64,000 bases of DNA from the IMG/VR virus record IMGVR_UViG_3300016486_001578. The stretch is one strand, 5' to 3'. The stretch is from a virus (taxonomy: Duplodnaviria; Caudoviricetes). The position numbers and the translations under genes are program-made. This document shows, piece by piece, positions 37,996-49,497 of the stretch. Below the pieces are notes generated by a model. It ran no database searches. It was not told where the DNA came from and worked only from the letters and a program-made list of their open reading frames with translations. Every line of letters starts with the position of its first letter. The first letter of the stretch is position 1.

Positions 37996-38408
37996 TTAAG
38001 TTAGAATTGAATCTATTTTGTCATTCCTTTTTGCTCTAGTTGTAACCAACCAAGATATTTCATCTGAATTTATCCAAGAGTTATTTATCATATCATGAAA
38101 TTTTAATTTATATCCTGGTGTGTTGTAGGCCCACTTATACATGATATGATCTCAATCTTTGACATATCATCAGTGGATTCTAATTCACCAATTTCATATT
38201 GAACTTTAACTGATTCGGGTCTACCGCCAACCTTAGAACTAGCTATCGAAAAATCTCTATTCAATAAACCCCTTCTAGTATATCTATCTCGGATAGACAA
38301 TTCCTCTTTTTCTTTCTTTTCTTGTTTTTTATACCCAATAAAAGAAATTAGAAATGGGATAAATCCTATTACAAATCCAGCAATTAACCCAATTATAAAT
38401 TGTATCAT
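37996..38408 (-). CDS. Membrane-anchored hypothetical protein (probable one-base frameshift near 38128)
   Basis: N-terminal TM helix; alternative frame continues PGYKLKFHDMINNSW...RNDKIDSILT*. Confidence 0.6.
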
Positions 38409-38413
38409 GTTTT

Positions 38414-39306
38414 TTATTTTAATTTTAGTATTTTTTCTAATTTTTTATACATAATATCTACCTCATTATATTTAATTCTTATCAAATTTATAGAATTTTC
38501 TTGGCAGAATTTATTCTTTATATTATCTTTCTTTATAGTATCATTTAATTTATCTATGCCAAATTCTATTTCTTCAAAATGGTGTATTCCATCAAATTCT
38601 ATACAAATATTATAATTCGGTAAATAAAAATCAAATTTTAATTTTCTTTTATCTAAACATCCATCAAATGTTTTTTGTGTCTCAAAATGAATATCTTTTT
38701 ATCCAAAAACCACGATATAAGGCTTTCTCCTTTTGAATTTCTACACTTAGGACATCCATGATTTCTCAAATGTGTATCTACGACTTGTTTAAATATACCA
38801 TGTGATTTACAAATAATTTTAACTTTTTCCCTACTCCCATTAACTTTAACTAATGAATAATCATATCTTTTTTTATGTATTTCATTGGCTCTTTTAATAA
38901 AATCTTTGTTTGTTATTTTTTTATTACCCACACAAACAGGGCACCTTTGTCCTACTAAGTGATTTCTTGGTTCTTGATAAAAGATTCCATGTTTTTTACA
39001 TAATATTTTAACCTTTTTCTTACTGTTTAAATAACAAACTAATGAGTAATCATATTTATTTCCGTGTATTTTTATACATTTTTTTATAAATTCACCCGAA
39101 TTAGAATTCAAAGAATCAAAGTAACACTTTTGACAACCTCTTGAGAAGTGACCATTTGGTGTTTGGCTAAACATACCATGATTTGGACAAATAATTTTCA
39201 CTTTTGTTGAAGTATTAATATAATCAACAAATGAATAATCATATTTATTGTTATGTTTTTCATTAAATCTTTTTATTACCTCACTTTGTATTAATTTCCT
39301 TCCCAT
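38414..39306 (-). mobile_element. Putative homing endonuclease (zinc-binding repeats plus PD-(D/E)xK/Vsr-like domain), frameshifted near 38698
   Basis: Three H-x-x-[KR]YDYS...IIC-x-x-HG-x-F-x-Q...H...[GR]C-x-x-C repeats; shifted frame gives QKTFDGC...FDFYLP...IEFDGIHH...IRIKY; sits directly after the ligase. Confidence 0.8.
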
Positions 39307-41143
39307 TAGTAAACTTTTTTGATTTATATATTAAATCAATCAAGTCTTCCATTTCTAATAATTCAATTCCTAATTCAATGGCTCTAACTGCTTTACTAGA
39401 TGTTGATGATTTATCCTTCAATATAAGGTGTGTGACTTTATTTGATACGGATGATTTTATAACACCTCCTAATTTTTTTATCTCAACTTCTATTTCCTTA
39501 TCTCTTATTCCACTAAAAACAAATGTCTTGTCTTCCAACTCATTAGAAGTTCTAACTTCAGCATCCTTTTTTATAGTTATTGGTAGATCCTTAATAAAAT
39601 CAAAGAATTCATCATAAGAGTCAACATAAGATTTAGCCGATATTTCAGCAAATCCTTCTATCTTCTGAATCTCCCCAATAGTCGGTTTTTCATCAAAGTG
39701 ATCTAATAATTTTAATTTCTTTGAACCAAGTCCTTTAAATAAACCGGTTGCGTGTTGTAATTTACTCAAACTAACATCAGTTATTGATTTATTGATTGAA
39801 TTGAATACAATCTCAGCTTTTCTTTTACCAAATCTATCAATTGATTCTAAATCTGATTTCGTTAGACTCAAAATATCTTTTATTGTTTTGTATCCAGCAT
39901 CCCATAATTGTGTTATAACTCCCTCAGAAACATTATCCGCTTCGAGTATTTCAAAAAATGCGATGTTCTTCTTTAATTTTTGATCATCTGTTTCGTTTAG
40001 CGTAACAAGTTCTACACCATTTTCGTTCCATTCAATATCAGGAACATTAGGCATAACAAAATCAACAGTTTCAATAACATCAGCAATTATTGGAATAACC
40101 ATACCACTTCTTTTTACTAAAACTTTTGCTCCTACTCCTATACCCATATCCTTAACGAACCTAGCATTATTACCAGTAACATTTGATATAGTAACACCAT
40201 CCAATCTAACCGGATCGATGTGTAAAATTGGCTTAAGATATCCTTGCTTACTTATATTCCAAGATATACCAATTATTTTGGTCTCTGCTGATTGTTCGAA
40301 TGATGAATGTTTGAATGCTCTCGCCCAGACTGGGTTATTCGAAGAGGTTTCTCTTCCTAATTCATCTTGTTTAGATAAATCGTTTATTTCTATTATAAGT
40401 CCATCAATTTCATAATCAACCGAGTATTCATGAAATAACGATATAAGCAATTCCTCAGTTAACTCGGATATTTTACAAATGTGATATGGTACTTTAATTT
40501 TTTGACCGATGTTTAGTTCATCTATAACATCTTTTTTATATTTAAATTCACCATCTACAAATACTGCTCCATATTTGATATAATCACAGTCGGATAATGG
40601 TGATTTTATTGTTTTTGAATTTAAAAGACCACCAACAAAATTACGTGGATTGGCATAATCCATTGAATATTTATCTAGAAAGGTCTTTTTGTGCATCATA
40701 ACTTCACCATAAGTATATGTAAATTTTTTACAAGCTGGACTAAGATGGTTATTAATCAATTCGTAGTGTTTATCTGATTCTTGACCAAATTCACCATCAC
40801 CTCTTGTCCATGATTTATCTACTTCTTCTTCTACACACAATGAAAGACCATCATACTTTGGTGTAGTTATAACAATCTCTGATTTTTTTATAGATCTTAA
40901 TCTACACCAATCATCAATTTCTTCCATTGTTTTCATTTTGTTCATAGAAGCCATTTCAATAGGTAATTTTGATTTTCTATCGCCAGTAATTTCATGACCT
41001 ACCGTACTCAGTAGATCATCATCAGGAGACATCAAGGATAATTCCTCGATTAATCTATCATATTCAACATCAGACATTATAGGGTTTCCTAGTCTATATG
41101 CCTCATTTGCCTCTATTATTTTTTCTCTTAATTGTTCTATCAT
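39281..41143 (-). CDS. ligA: NAD-dependent DNA ligase
   Basis: ANEAY, SDVEYD, KYDG, GEV, NPRN, DGLI, SGMVIP, HhH and BRCT; likely start MIEQLREK at 41143 after a TATATTTG box. Confidence 0.93.
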   Translation of the reverse strand: MIEQLREKIIEANEAYRLGNPIMSDVEYDRLIEELSLMSPDDDLLSTVGHEITGDRKSKLPIEMASMNKMKTMEEIDDWCRLRSIKKSEIVITTPKYDGLSLCVEEEVDKSWTRGDGEFGQESDKHYELINNHLSPACKKFTYTYGEVMMHKKTFLDKYSMDYANPRNFVGGLLNSKTIKSPLSDCDYIKYGAVFVDGEFKYKKDVIDELNIGQKIKVPYHICKISELTEELLISLFHEYSVDYEIDGLIIEINDLSKQDELGRETSSNNPVWARAFKHSSFEQSAETKIIGISWNISKQGYLKPILHIDPVRLDGVTISNVTGNNARFVKDMGIGVGAKVLVKRSGMVIPIIADVIETVDFVMPNVPDIEWNENGVELVTLNETDDQKLKKNIAFFEILEADNVSEGVITQLWDAGYKTIKDILSLTKSDLESIDRFGKRKAEIVFNSINKSITDVSLSKLQHATGLFKGLGSKKLKLLDHFDEKPTIGEIQKIEGFAEISAKSYVDSYDEFFDFIKDLPITIKKDAEVRTSNELEDKTFVFSGIRDKEIEVEIKKLGGVIKSSVSNKVTHLILKDKSSTSSKAVRAIELGIELLEMEDLIDLIYKSKKFTNGKEINTK

Positions 41144-41272
41144 GTATTTTTTTCTATTTTTAGTGATACAAATATACGAATTATATATGTAATAATATAA
41201 TATCCTTCTATTTAATTCCATCAAGTAAAGAAATGATATTTAATATATAAAAACAAATATAATAAAATCAAT

Positions 41273-44200
41273 ATGCCTATAAATAGTTCATTTCCAAAAG
41301 TTGCGGATCAAGTTATATCATTTAATAAAAATTTAGTAGATATTTTATCTAAATTGAATAATCTAACAACAACGACTGATTCGACAGTTAATGTACAAAT
41401 ATACGATGAAGAAGGCATATTAAGAAATTTTTCACTACCTTCTTTCTCTTCATTAAAGTCAGAAATAGATAGACTCAATAATAATATTAACTCTTTATAC
41501 TCAATAGATGCAACAGGATCGCTAATACAAACATCAAGTACTAATAAATTTAAGAAGATAATAACAGTTGATTTAAACAGAGATCCTAATCCAGTATCGA
41601 CACTCGGTAATATAGATTCATTTAAATCAAAGACAAATTGGTTCTTTGATTCAATGATAGATCCTATGTTACAAGTTGATATAGACTTATCCGGTAAGAT
41701 AGAAAACAATGTTAGTAAATGTTTAGTTAGGAGGTATATAGTTAATTTTGAACAAGATGAGAATGGATTAACAAATAATGGACAATCTGCTATAAACGCC
41801 TTTAATGGGTTATTTAGAGGAAACTCAAATATAGTGTTTTCTGAATTTGAAGAGTGGCACAAAAAAACACCTGGTGTTCTAAACCCACAAAATCCAAGGT
41901 ACGATGAAGATAATTATAACTTAGAACCAAATAGCACATTATATGATGGTGAATTTAGTGTTTTGAGAATACAAGAAGATAGACTAAACAGAAAATTGTG
42001 GTATGTTTTAAATACTCTCGATTATGTTATATCAGGAACATCAGAATCAAAACAACTATCAATTGGTGATGAGGTTATAGTAAATAGCCCAAAAACATCA
42101 ACAAGATATAAGATAATTGAAATATCAACAGTAGAATCTAGCCCAAGAGTTAGGGTAGAGATAATAGAAGGAATAGAGCCTATATCAGTTGGAATAGGAA
42201 CACTTAAAATATACTCACCTATTGTTTATAGTAAGAATATAAGAATAAACATTGGTTATTCTGAAAGGAATATAATTTTCCTAAAACCAATAAACACAGA
42301 AAATAATTTAGTTGCAAAAAAATGGAGCTTAGGATCTGGTTTCTACACAAATGACCTTAGATTAGAATCATCAACAGAAGATAATGGATTAACAATGGAA
42401 CAATTTTATACAGAATATGTATATGATTATGGTTCTGTGTTGAAAGATTTGGTTTCCAAAAATATACCATCTAGGTTATCAGGTGTACCTGATGCGCCAT
42501 CATTAGATATCAGTAATTTTAAAGTTGTGCAAATAAATAAACATTTAACAGACACACCAAATAGCGCCTTGATAAAACAAAAACACAATTATCAAAATAG
42601 TCTAAAGTCAGAAATAAATCAAATACAAGAATCTATATTAGATAGAAACAAAAAACTTAAAGTAACCAGATTCAAATCAGAGTCTTCAAAGAAACAATCT
42701 TTTCTGGAAGTTAAAGAATTGACCTCAAAGAAAGAAAGTAGAAACAAGTTATTAAGTACGGTAACAAGAGAAATAATTGATATCTCTAAAAATCCGATAA
42801 CAAAAGCCGAACCTAAATATAGACTTAGGGGATTTTGGGAATTCCCAGAAGCGGTAGTATCGAAAGGAACTCTACCACAAGAGATAATACAATTTAGAGT
42901 AGAATATAGATATGTTGGAGTAGATGGGACAGAAACATCAATTGATCAATATAAAGTTAATGATTCCGAAAAAGCTAGTTTTTCTAACTGGAAATCATAT
43001 AAGTCTGATATAAGAAAAAGAATATATGATTCAGAGTCTGATGAGTATTATTGGGAAATAGAAGACTTAGAAGATCCTGATATACCCAATATAAATCAAT
43101 TGGATTTAGGAATACAAGCAGGAGAGAGAATTGAATTTAGAGTAAAGTCTATATCCGAAGTTGGGTGGCCAGATTCGCCAATAGAATCAGATTGGTCTAG
43201 TATAATGTCAATTGATTTTCCGGACGATTTGAATAATATCTTAAATGAAAATGAGTTCATATTACAAGAAGCCAATAAAGAAGATATTAGATTAACATTA
43301 AATAATGAATTAGATTCCAAGGGACTCGATGAGCACCTTTCTGATACCATAGTTGATAATGGAAAAGTTATACATCATGATGCCTCTAAGATATTATCCG
43401 GCTTTAAAGATGAAAATGGATCCTCATTGGATTTGTTTGAATATTTAAAAAAATTAGAATCTAAAATAAAAACATTAGAGGAGAAAATAAGTAGATCTAG
43501 AGGAATACTAGAAATAACAATGCTTAGAAATAATGAAGAATTTAAAATAAGCAATGGGTCAGAAACATCATTCAAAATAGAATGTGAGGATTATTTAGAT
43601 GATGCAACAGGTTCTAATATACCAACTGGTAGAGTATATGAAAATAACGTATATGTAATAAGAGATTTTGTGCTTAGGGTTAGAAACTCAGCAACAGAAT
43701 CCCCACTTGGTTTATTATCTGATAAGAATTATCTACAAAATTCAAACATATTTAACGATGATGCACCACAGACTTTCTGGGTAAATGAACAAGACGAATT
43801 ACTTAGATCAGACTTAACATCACAAACAAGAACACAATTAAATAATCAATTTATTTGGATGGTAAATTATGATGGAGTTTCCGACACTAGTATAAAGAGC
43901 CTTTCAAGAGACATAGGAAATTCATTTGTATCTAAAAACGAAATAACAAATGTATTATCATCATCTGAATATAATGTAGGATATGGTGAGAATTCAATAT
44001 TATCATTTGTTGGAAATAACAATTCATTAACCGATTTAGATAAATGGGTAGAAGATTCAGCAACAGATACTTTTAAATTATTAACATCAGTACATCCAGT
44101 TGTAAAAGATTTGGAATCTATTGTAGAAAACAACTCAAGTAGAGTAAAAAGTATAGAGTCAGGAGATAATAATGATATAATTATACCGATAAATATATAT

Positions 44201-44416
44201 TTCAAAATGAATTCACTTGATCCAAATCAAGCTGGTGGTGGTTATGAGTATATAAATATGAATAGATTCAAGAATACAAAAAATCATATAAAGAAATTGA
44301 AATTTTTATTAGAAGATGAAGCGGAGAATAGACCATTCACATTTTCTTTAAAATTCACAATAAATAGTGGTAAAAATAATAATGCTAGAACAAGAATTGG
44401 CAAAGTATTTAATTAA
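41273..44416 (+). CDS. Large putative virion structural protein
   Basis: 1047 aa; coiled coils and FN3-like RVKSISEVGWP...SDWS; late motif upstream. Confidence 0.6.
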   Translation: MPINSSFPKVADQVISFNKNLVDILSKLNNLTTTTDSTVNVQIYDEEGILRNFSLPSFSSLKSEIDRLNNNINSLYSIDATGSLIQTSSTNKFKKIITVDLNRDPNPVSTLGNIDSFKSKTNWFFDSMIDPMLQVDIDLSGKIENNVSKCLVRRYIVNFEQDENGLTNNGQSAINAFNGLFRGNSNIVFSEFEEWHKKTPGVLNPQNPRYDEDNYNLEPNSTLYDGEFSVLRIQEDRLNRKLWYVLNTLDYVISGTSESKQLSIGDEVIVNSPKTSTRYKIIEISTVESSPRVRVEIIEGIEPISVGIGTLKIYSPIVYSKNIRINIGYSERNIIFLKPINTENNLVAKKWSLGSGFYTNDLRLESSTEDNGLTMEQFYTEYVYDYGSVLKDLVSKNIPSRLSGVPDAPSLDISNFKVVQINKHLTDTPNSALIKQKHNYQNSLKSEINQIQESILDRNKKLKVTRFKSESSKKQSFLEVKELTSKKESRNKLLSTVTREIIDISKNPITKAEPKYRLRGFWEFPEAVVSKGTLPQEIIQFRVEYRYVGVDGTETSIDQYKVNDSEKASFSNWKSYKSDIRKRIYDSESDEYYWEIEDLEDPDIPNINQLDLGIQAGERIEFRVKSISEVGWPDSPIESDWSSIMSIDFPDDLNNILNENEFILQEANKEDIRLTLNNELDSKGLDEHLSDTIVDNGKVIHHDASKILSGFKDENGSSLDLFEYLKKLESKIKTLEEKISRSRGILEITMLRNNEEFKISNGSETSFKIECEDYLDDATGSNIPTGRVYENNVYVIRDFVLRVRNSATESPLGLLSDKNYLQNSNIFNDDAPQTFWVNEQDELLRSDLTSQTRTQLNNQFIWMVNYDGVSDTSIKSLSRDIGNSFVSKNEITNVLSSSEYNVGYGENSILSFVGNNNSLTDLDKWVEDSATDTFKLLTSVHPVVKDLESIVENNSSRVKSIESGDNNDIIIPINIYFKMNSLDPNQAGGGYEYINMNRFKNTKNHIKKLKFLLEDEAENRPFTFSLKFTINSGKNNNARTRIGKVFN

Positions 44417-44443
44417 GAATTGACTTAATTAATATATAAGTTT

Positions 44444-47400
44444 ATGAAAAGTTTTTCTATATTAAGAACCAATGTTGGTTTAACCACAAATGTAAAAATA
44501 ATGATAGAATCGGATTATAATCTAAGCCTGGATAGCATAGATTCTAATTATATATTATCATCTGATAGATTTAAGAAATTTAAATTTAACAAAAGTCAGT
44601 ATTATGATGAAATTTTACCAAAATTCTATAAAGATTTACCAACAGAAAATTCATATCAAATAAAATATAGTAATGATGTTGATAGCATGAGTGATGATTT
44701 TGCTTACCAGTATGACGAGATATATAATTACGGAGCTAGAAATATAATAAACAATAAGAATTATAAAGAGGAGTATGAATATTTCGCACCTCTTTATATA
44801 AACCCAAATTCATTACCATCAAATTTTGTAATTTTTAGAGTGGATGATCCCGGAATAGAGACATTAACTAAGGAGAATTTTAAATCATCTATATTAAATA
44901 GGTTCAAAACCGTTAAGTTATTTGATATGGGAATAGAAAATAATATAGGTGAGTGGTTAGATATTAATTTTGTATCTAATGACTATTTTCCACCAACTCC
45001 ATTAGAAATTGATTTTAGGACAATAGAATTTAGTAAGTGGAATGGAATAGACTATGAAAATGGTGGATATGTTTCAAAATCTTCATTTATGGAAGAAATA
45101 TTTGAGAATGAAAGAGAAATATTCGAGCTAGAAAAATTAATATTCAATAATTATAGAAACAATAAAGTTATATTCCCTAACATATTGAACTTTTCATTTC
45201 TTTTTGATGATAGCCCATCCACCCCAGACATAAAAAGGAAATGGTCGCTGAATAGGTATTTTGGCTTCTATCTAGACTCTATGGATTTATCAACAACGAT
45301 ATCACCATATAAAACAATTGAGTTGAGAGAGGATGTGGTAATAGAAAGTGGTAATATATTATCATCACCATCAAGTATAAACCCATTCAAAGAAGAGTGG
45401 ACAGAAGATAAACCATTTTATGTTGAGTATTTAGGTGATTATTTCTTAGTAAGCAGATATTCAGAAAATCGTGGAGAAGGAATAGGGCAATCACAAGGAG
45501 ATGGATATATTTTAGAAGAATATAAAAATATAACATTTTTTAATTATAAGATAATATCCGAAATAGACCTAGAAGGAAAGCAATCATATTTGAATTTAAA
45601 TTATGGATTTATAGATGATAATAATATTCTAAAATCGAGTAATGATGCTTATTTTGATATAAGTGATTTTGATAGCGCAGATGTTTGGTTAATAAAAATA
45701 GATGAAATATACCACAATATAATAAAAGTAGATGATGGTTATTTAAAAATTAATTCTGATTACTCATTTGAATTTAAATTAAACCACTTTGAGTATAAAG
45801 TCGCTTCAGTGATAACAAAGGTAAGTTTCTTGGTTGATTATGATAATCCCCCAAAAAGGTTTGAAATATTTAAATTGAAATTTACAGAAATAAAAGATTT
45901 TGATAATAATATAATAGATACAAAGTACTCTAGATATGAATATGAGAAATCAGATGAGACAACAGATACAGATGAACCAAAGATTTATATGGAAAACACA
46001 TTGAGTGAATCTAGTCCAAAAGAATTAGATGAATTTATATATAATGATGAGTTAATAAATATACCCGTATCATCTGAGTATACCGCTAATTATGAAACAT
46101 TTAAAATAGATAATGGAGACTTGTCTGATATTTGGAGGATAAATCCAGTATATTGTAGGTGGGGGTATCAAAAATCGATATCATTTCAAGATCACCCATA
46201 TTTATTAAACAACTCTTTACTTTTTGAAAAATACAACAAGTCATCAAACACAAGTATAGAATCCGTTAATAGGAGTGAGCGAAACTTAGATTATTTTTAT
46301 ACAATAAACTCAGATTCTAGCTCTTATATAAACCACTCACTGCATATTGAGAAGATAAACTCAAATAGCGATTCGATAGATTCATCGTTGAAATTTGATT
46401 TGAACAAATATTTCAATGCTACTTATTCAAATGATTATTTTTCTTATTTTTTCGAAGATGGTGCTTACTTTGATAATTTAAATATAAAGAGAAATGTTAA
46501 AAAATACTCATACTTTAATAAAGGAGATTCTTCTATACCTAATATATCATCATTTAAAGGATTGGAATTTAAAGTTTATAATGTTAATAGCATCTCAATG
46601 GATTCAGATAATATAGATAAAATAAATGTAAATGTTAAAAACGAATTTGATGATTATAAATTTTCTATATTACTAACCGAGGATGATAGTGAAATGGTAT
46701 GGAATATATCAAAAGATTATGAAATAGGAAAAGAATATAATATTGGTGATTTAGTATCACTAGATGATATTCTATACATAGCTGATTCTGATAACACACC
46801 TAACTCACCAACAACGACAGTGGGTAGTTGGGGAAATTTAAGATCAACTCCATATAACAACCCAGCATGGAGTGTTTATTCTGGAGGAAGTTATTCTATA
46901 TTATGGAATCCAGAAACAACAACTTATATAGACAATCTAAGTAATATGGGTCCAAGTTTAGTTTACAATAGTAAAAATTATTATTATTGCTATGATGAGA
47001 ACTCTGTCAGAGATTTTTGGAACCCAATAAAATCAACCACCGCTCCCTATATAATAGATGATATTGTTTTATATAATAATCAGTATTATATCTCTATGAT
47101 AGATGATAATTTTTATTGCCCAAATAAAAATAATTATGATAAATTCAAACCAATAGATTCATTATACAAATATTGGAAACCAATCGAAGAACCAACTACC
47201 ACAAAGTGGAAGAAAATAGAAATTTGGAATCCAAGTAATCAATATATTGGTGGATTATCAAGTAATGATAAATCAATAGTTGTTCATAACGATATAGTTT
47301 ATACATCAAGTGATTCTATTGATTATATATCAATAGAAGAGGAACCGGGTGTTTCTAATGTCTGGACAAGGTTATATAGCCTTTATCCGGATACTGATAT

Positions 47401-48397
47401 AGTTTATGGCCCTGAAAACCCATTACTTTTTATGAACAATAGATATTATTTATTAGAAAGTAATGCTGGTGATGAAACACTAGAAAATGGTATAACCATT
47501 TATATAAACAAAAAATGGAAAAATATACTAGTAAACATCTATATAAATGATAATACACTACCAGATATATCCGGAAAAAATAGAGATGATATATATACGG
47601 ATTTACATAGTAATTTAACAGCTTTTAATTTCATAACATCCATAAATGATTTATCTAATAAGTATGGATTTTCGGATTATATAAAATATACAATAATAGA
47701 TGAAGATTATAACAGACAAACATATAGTTATGATGATGGACTAGGGAACTTACCCTATATAATATCCTGTGAACCAGCAGGTGGTCTATTGGTAAAAAAA
47801 GACTCACTAATAATTAAGCCAATGGATGATAGAGTGTCAGTTAAGGTAAAATTATCAAATAATAAAATAGATGATATATCAAAAATAGATTGGTACAATG
47901 GATCACCAATTTCATATAATATAATAGAGAATATAGAAAGGCCTAAAATTTTTAAAAATTATAGCTCCAATAAAAATATAGAATATATACAAATACAAAG
48001 ACTTGGTGGTTATTATATGCCAATATTTGAAGAGGTGCCTATATTTAATAAAAATTCATATGAAAAAGATTCAGGTAATTATCTATTTGATACAGAATTG
48101 AGTGACTTTGGAATAATAAAGGAAAGAAAGATAAGAAAGGTAAATAGAAGTGGTTCTATACTAAAAAATAGAGACTCAAAAAATGATAAATCTATATATC
48201 CAATGGTTGGTGAATTTGGATACTCATATACTGATTTTATGATATTTAAATCAACATGGGATAAAGAATACCACATAGAAGATGTTCTAATTAAGAATAA
48301 GAGAATAAGAGAAGACATAAACAAAATACAAATACCAAAAACAATAGGACAACCAGCTCAAATTAAGGTTGATAATAATAAAAAATATATATTATAA
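44444..48397 (+). CDS. Large putative virion protein with short carbohydrate-binding-like repeats
   Basis: 1317 aa; repeated W-x-P-x-x-x-Y...D-x-V-x-Y motifs; late motif upstream. Confidence 0.55.
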   Translation: MKSFSILRTNVGLTTNVKIMIESDYNLSLDSIDSNYILSSDRFKKFKFNKSQYYDEILPKFYKDLPTENSYQIKYSNDVDSMSDDFAYQYDEIYNYGARNIINNKNYKEEYEYFAPLYINPNSLPSNFVIFRVDDPGIETLTKENFKSSILNRFKTVKLFDMGIENNIGEWLDINFVSNDYFPPTPLEIDFRTIEFSKWNGIDYENGGYVSKSSFMEEIFENEREIFELEKLIFNNYRNNKVIFPNILNFSFLFDDSPSTPDIKRKWSLNRYFGFYLDSMDLSTTISPYKTIELREDVVIESGNILSSPSSINPFKEEWTEDKPFYVEYLGDYFLVSRYSENRGEGIGQSQGDGYILEEYKNITFFNYKIISEIDLEGKQSYLNLNYGFIDDNNILKSSNDAYFDISDFDSADVWLIKIDEIYHNIIKVDDGYLKINSDYSFEFKLNHFEYKVASVITKVSFLVDYDNPPKRFEIFKLKFTEIKDFDNNIIDTKYSRYEYEKSDETTDTDEPKIYMENTLSESSPKELDEFIYNDELINIPVSSEYTANYETFKIDNGDLSDIWRINPVYCRWGYQKSISFQDHPYLLNNSLLFEKYNKSSNTSIESVNRSERNLDYFYTINSDSSSYINHSLHIEKINSNSDSIDSSLKFDLNKYFNATYSNDYFSYFFEDGAYFDNLNIKRNVKKYSYFNKGDSSIPNISSFKGLEFKVYNVNSISMDSDNIDKINVNVKNEFDDYKFSILLTEDDSEMVWNISKDYEIGKEYNIGDLVSLDDILYIADSDNTPNSPTTTVGSWGNLRSTPYNNPAWSVYSGGSYSILWNPETTTYIDNLSNMGPSLVYNSKNYYYCYDENSVRDFWNPIKSTTAPYIIDDIVLYNNQYYISMIDDNFYCPNKNNYDKFKPIDSLYKYWKPIEEPTTTKWKKIEIWNPSNQYIGGLSSNDKSIVVHNDIVYTSSDSIDYISIEEEPGVSNVWTRLYSLYPDTDIVYGPENPLLFMNNRYYLLESNAGDETLENGITIYINKKWKNILVNIYINDNTLPDISGKNRDDIYTDLHSNLTAFNFITSINDLSNKYGFSDYIKYTIIDEDYNRQTYSYDDGLGNLPYIISCEPAGGLLVKKDSLIIKPMDDRVSVKVKLSNNKIDDISKIDWYNGSPISYNIIENIERPKIFKNYSSNKNIEYIQIQRLGGYYMPIFEEVPIFNKNSYEKDSGNYLFDTELSDFGIIKERKIRKVNRSGSILKNRDSKNDKSIYPMVGEFGYSYTDFMIFKSTWDKEYHIEDVLIKNKRIREDINKIQIPKTIGQPAQIKVDNNKKYIL

Positions 48398-49071
48398 TGA
48401 GGAGGACTTATATATCACCAGAGTTTAGTAAAAACATAATAAACGGAACCTTTAATATATTAGAAGAGAGTAATTTTTTTTCATCAAAGATGTTGGAATT
48501 AGAAGATTCAATATTAATTGATAACATAGATATACTATGGTACCAAACACTAACTGGTGAGCAACTGGATATATCGATTGAAACCACGTCAAATCCACTA
48601 TCTTATTCACCATCAGCAGATAAACTAAAAAATTCCTCACTAAGAATAGATCAAACAAAAAAGAGTGATATAGATACAAAATGGATATTGAATATAAAAT
48701 TAAAAGATATACTATCAAACTATTTATTCTCAACACTAAAAAGATATAGAACTTTTGAGGGAGTAAAAAGTAAATATACTCTATATGGAGATGTTAATGT
48801 ATCAATAAATAATTATATAACAAGTAACATATTAAATAGATATAAATTTGATAAAGTATATCTCTATATGCAAGAAAGGGACATAAACGAAGAAGGACAA
48901 ATAAAATATAAAAATAATTGGAATTTAAATCTAAAAGAGGAAACTATATTTACTAAATATAATAGAGTATTAAATAGTGATGAGTCCGAGATAAATTTAT
49001 CATTCACACAAAGAAGTAGTGATAAATATATTTTTGATTATTATTACAACATTCAATTCACAAGGATATAA
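48397..49071 (+). CDS. Hypothetical protein
   Basis: 224-aa ORF coupled to the previous stop. Confidence 0.7.
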   Translation: MRRTYISPEFSKNIINGTFNILEESNFFSSKMLELEDSILIDNIDILWYQTLTGEQLDISIETTSNPLSYSPSADKLKNSSLRIDQTKKSDIDTKWILNIKLKDILSNYLFSTLKRYRTFEGVKSKYTLYGDVNVSINNYITSNILNRYKFDKVYLYMQERDINEEGQIKYKNNWNLNLKEETIFTKYNRVLNSDESEINLSFTQRSSDKYIFDYYYNIQFTRI

Positions 49072-49078
49072 AACAAAC

Positions 49079-49453
49079 ATGGATAAAAATAGTGAAATTT
49101 ATAAAAAACTAATAACACTACTAAAACTATTTAAGAATAGACCACACCACTTGGCAAAATATTTAATAGATAATGATGCCTTGAATAGTGAATTTACAAA
49201 TAGCCTAATAAACTCAAACAAAATAAGTAAGATATCAAAAGATAAGATTGATAAATATAATAATTTTTCAGATATATCACAAATGGAAGATTTTTATGAA
49301 TCTCTATTAAATAATATAGATGATAAGTCAGAAAAAGAAATAATCATAGAAATTAATAAAAAATTAGATGATTTAATAAAATCAGAAAATTATGAGGAAG
49401 CAACAAAGGTTCGTGATTATATGAAAAGAAAAGGAATTAAAAGGATTAATTAA
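49079..49453 (+). CDS. Hypothetical protein with C-terminal UVR motif
   Basis: Likely start MDKNSE at 49079; LIKSENYEEATKVRD. Confidence 0.65.
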   Translation: MDKNSEIYKKLITLLKLFKNRPHHLAKYLIDNDALNSEFTNSLINSNKISKISKDKIDKYNNFSDISQMEDFYESLLNNIDDKSEKEIIIEINKKLDDLIKSENYEEATKVRDYMKRKGIKRIN

Positions 49454-49497
49454 TTTAAACTTTTCAAAACAAAAAATATAAAACAGATATAATTTAA

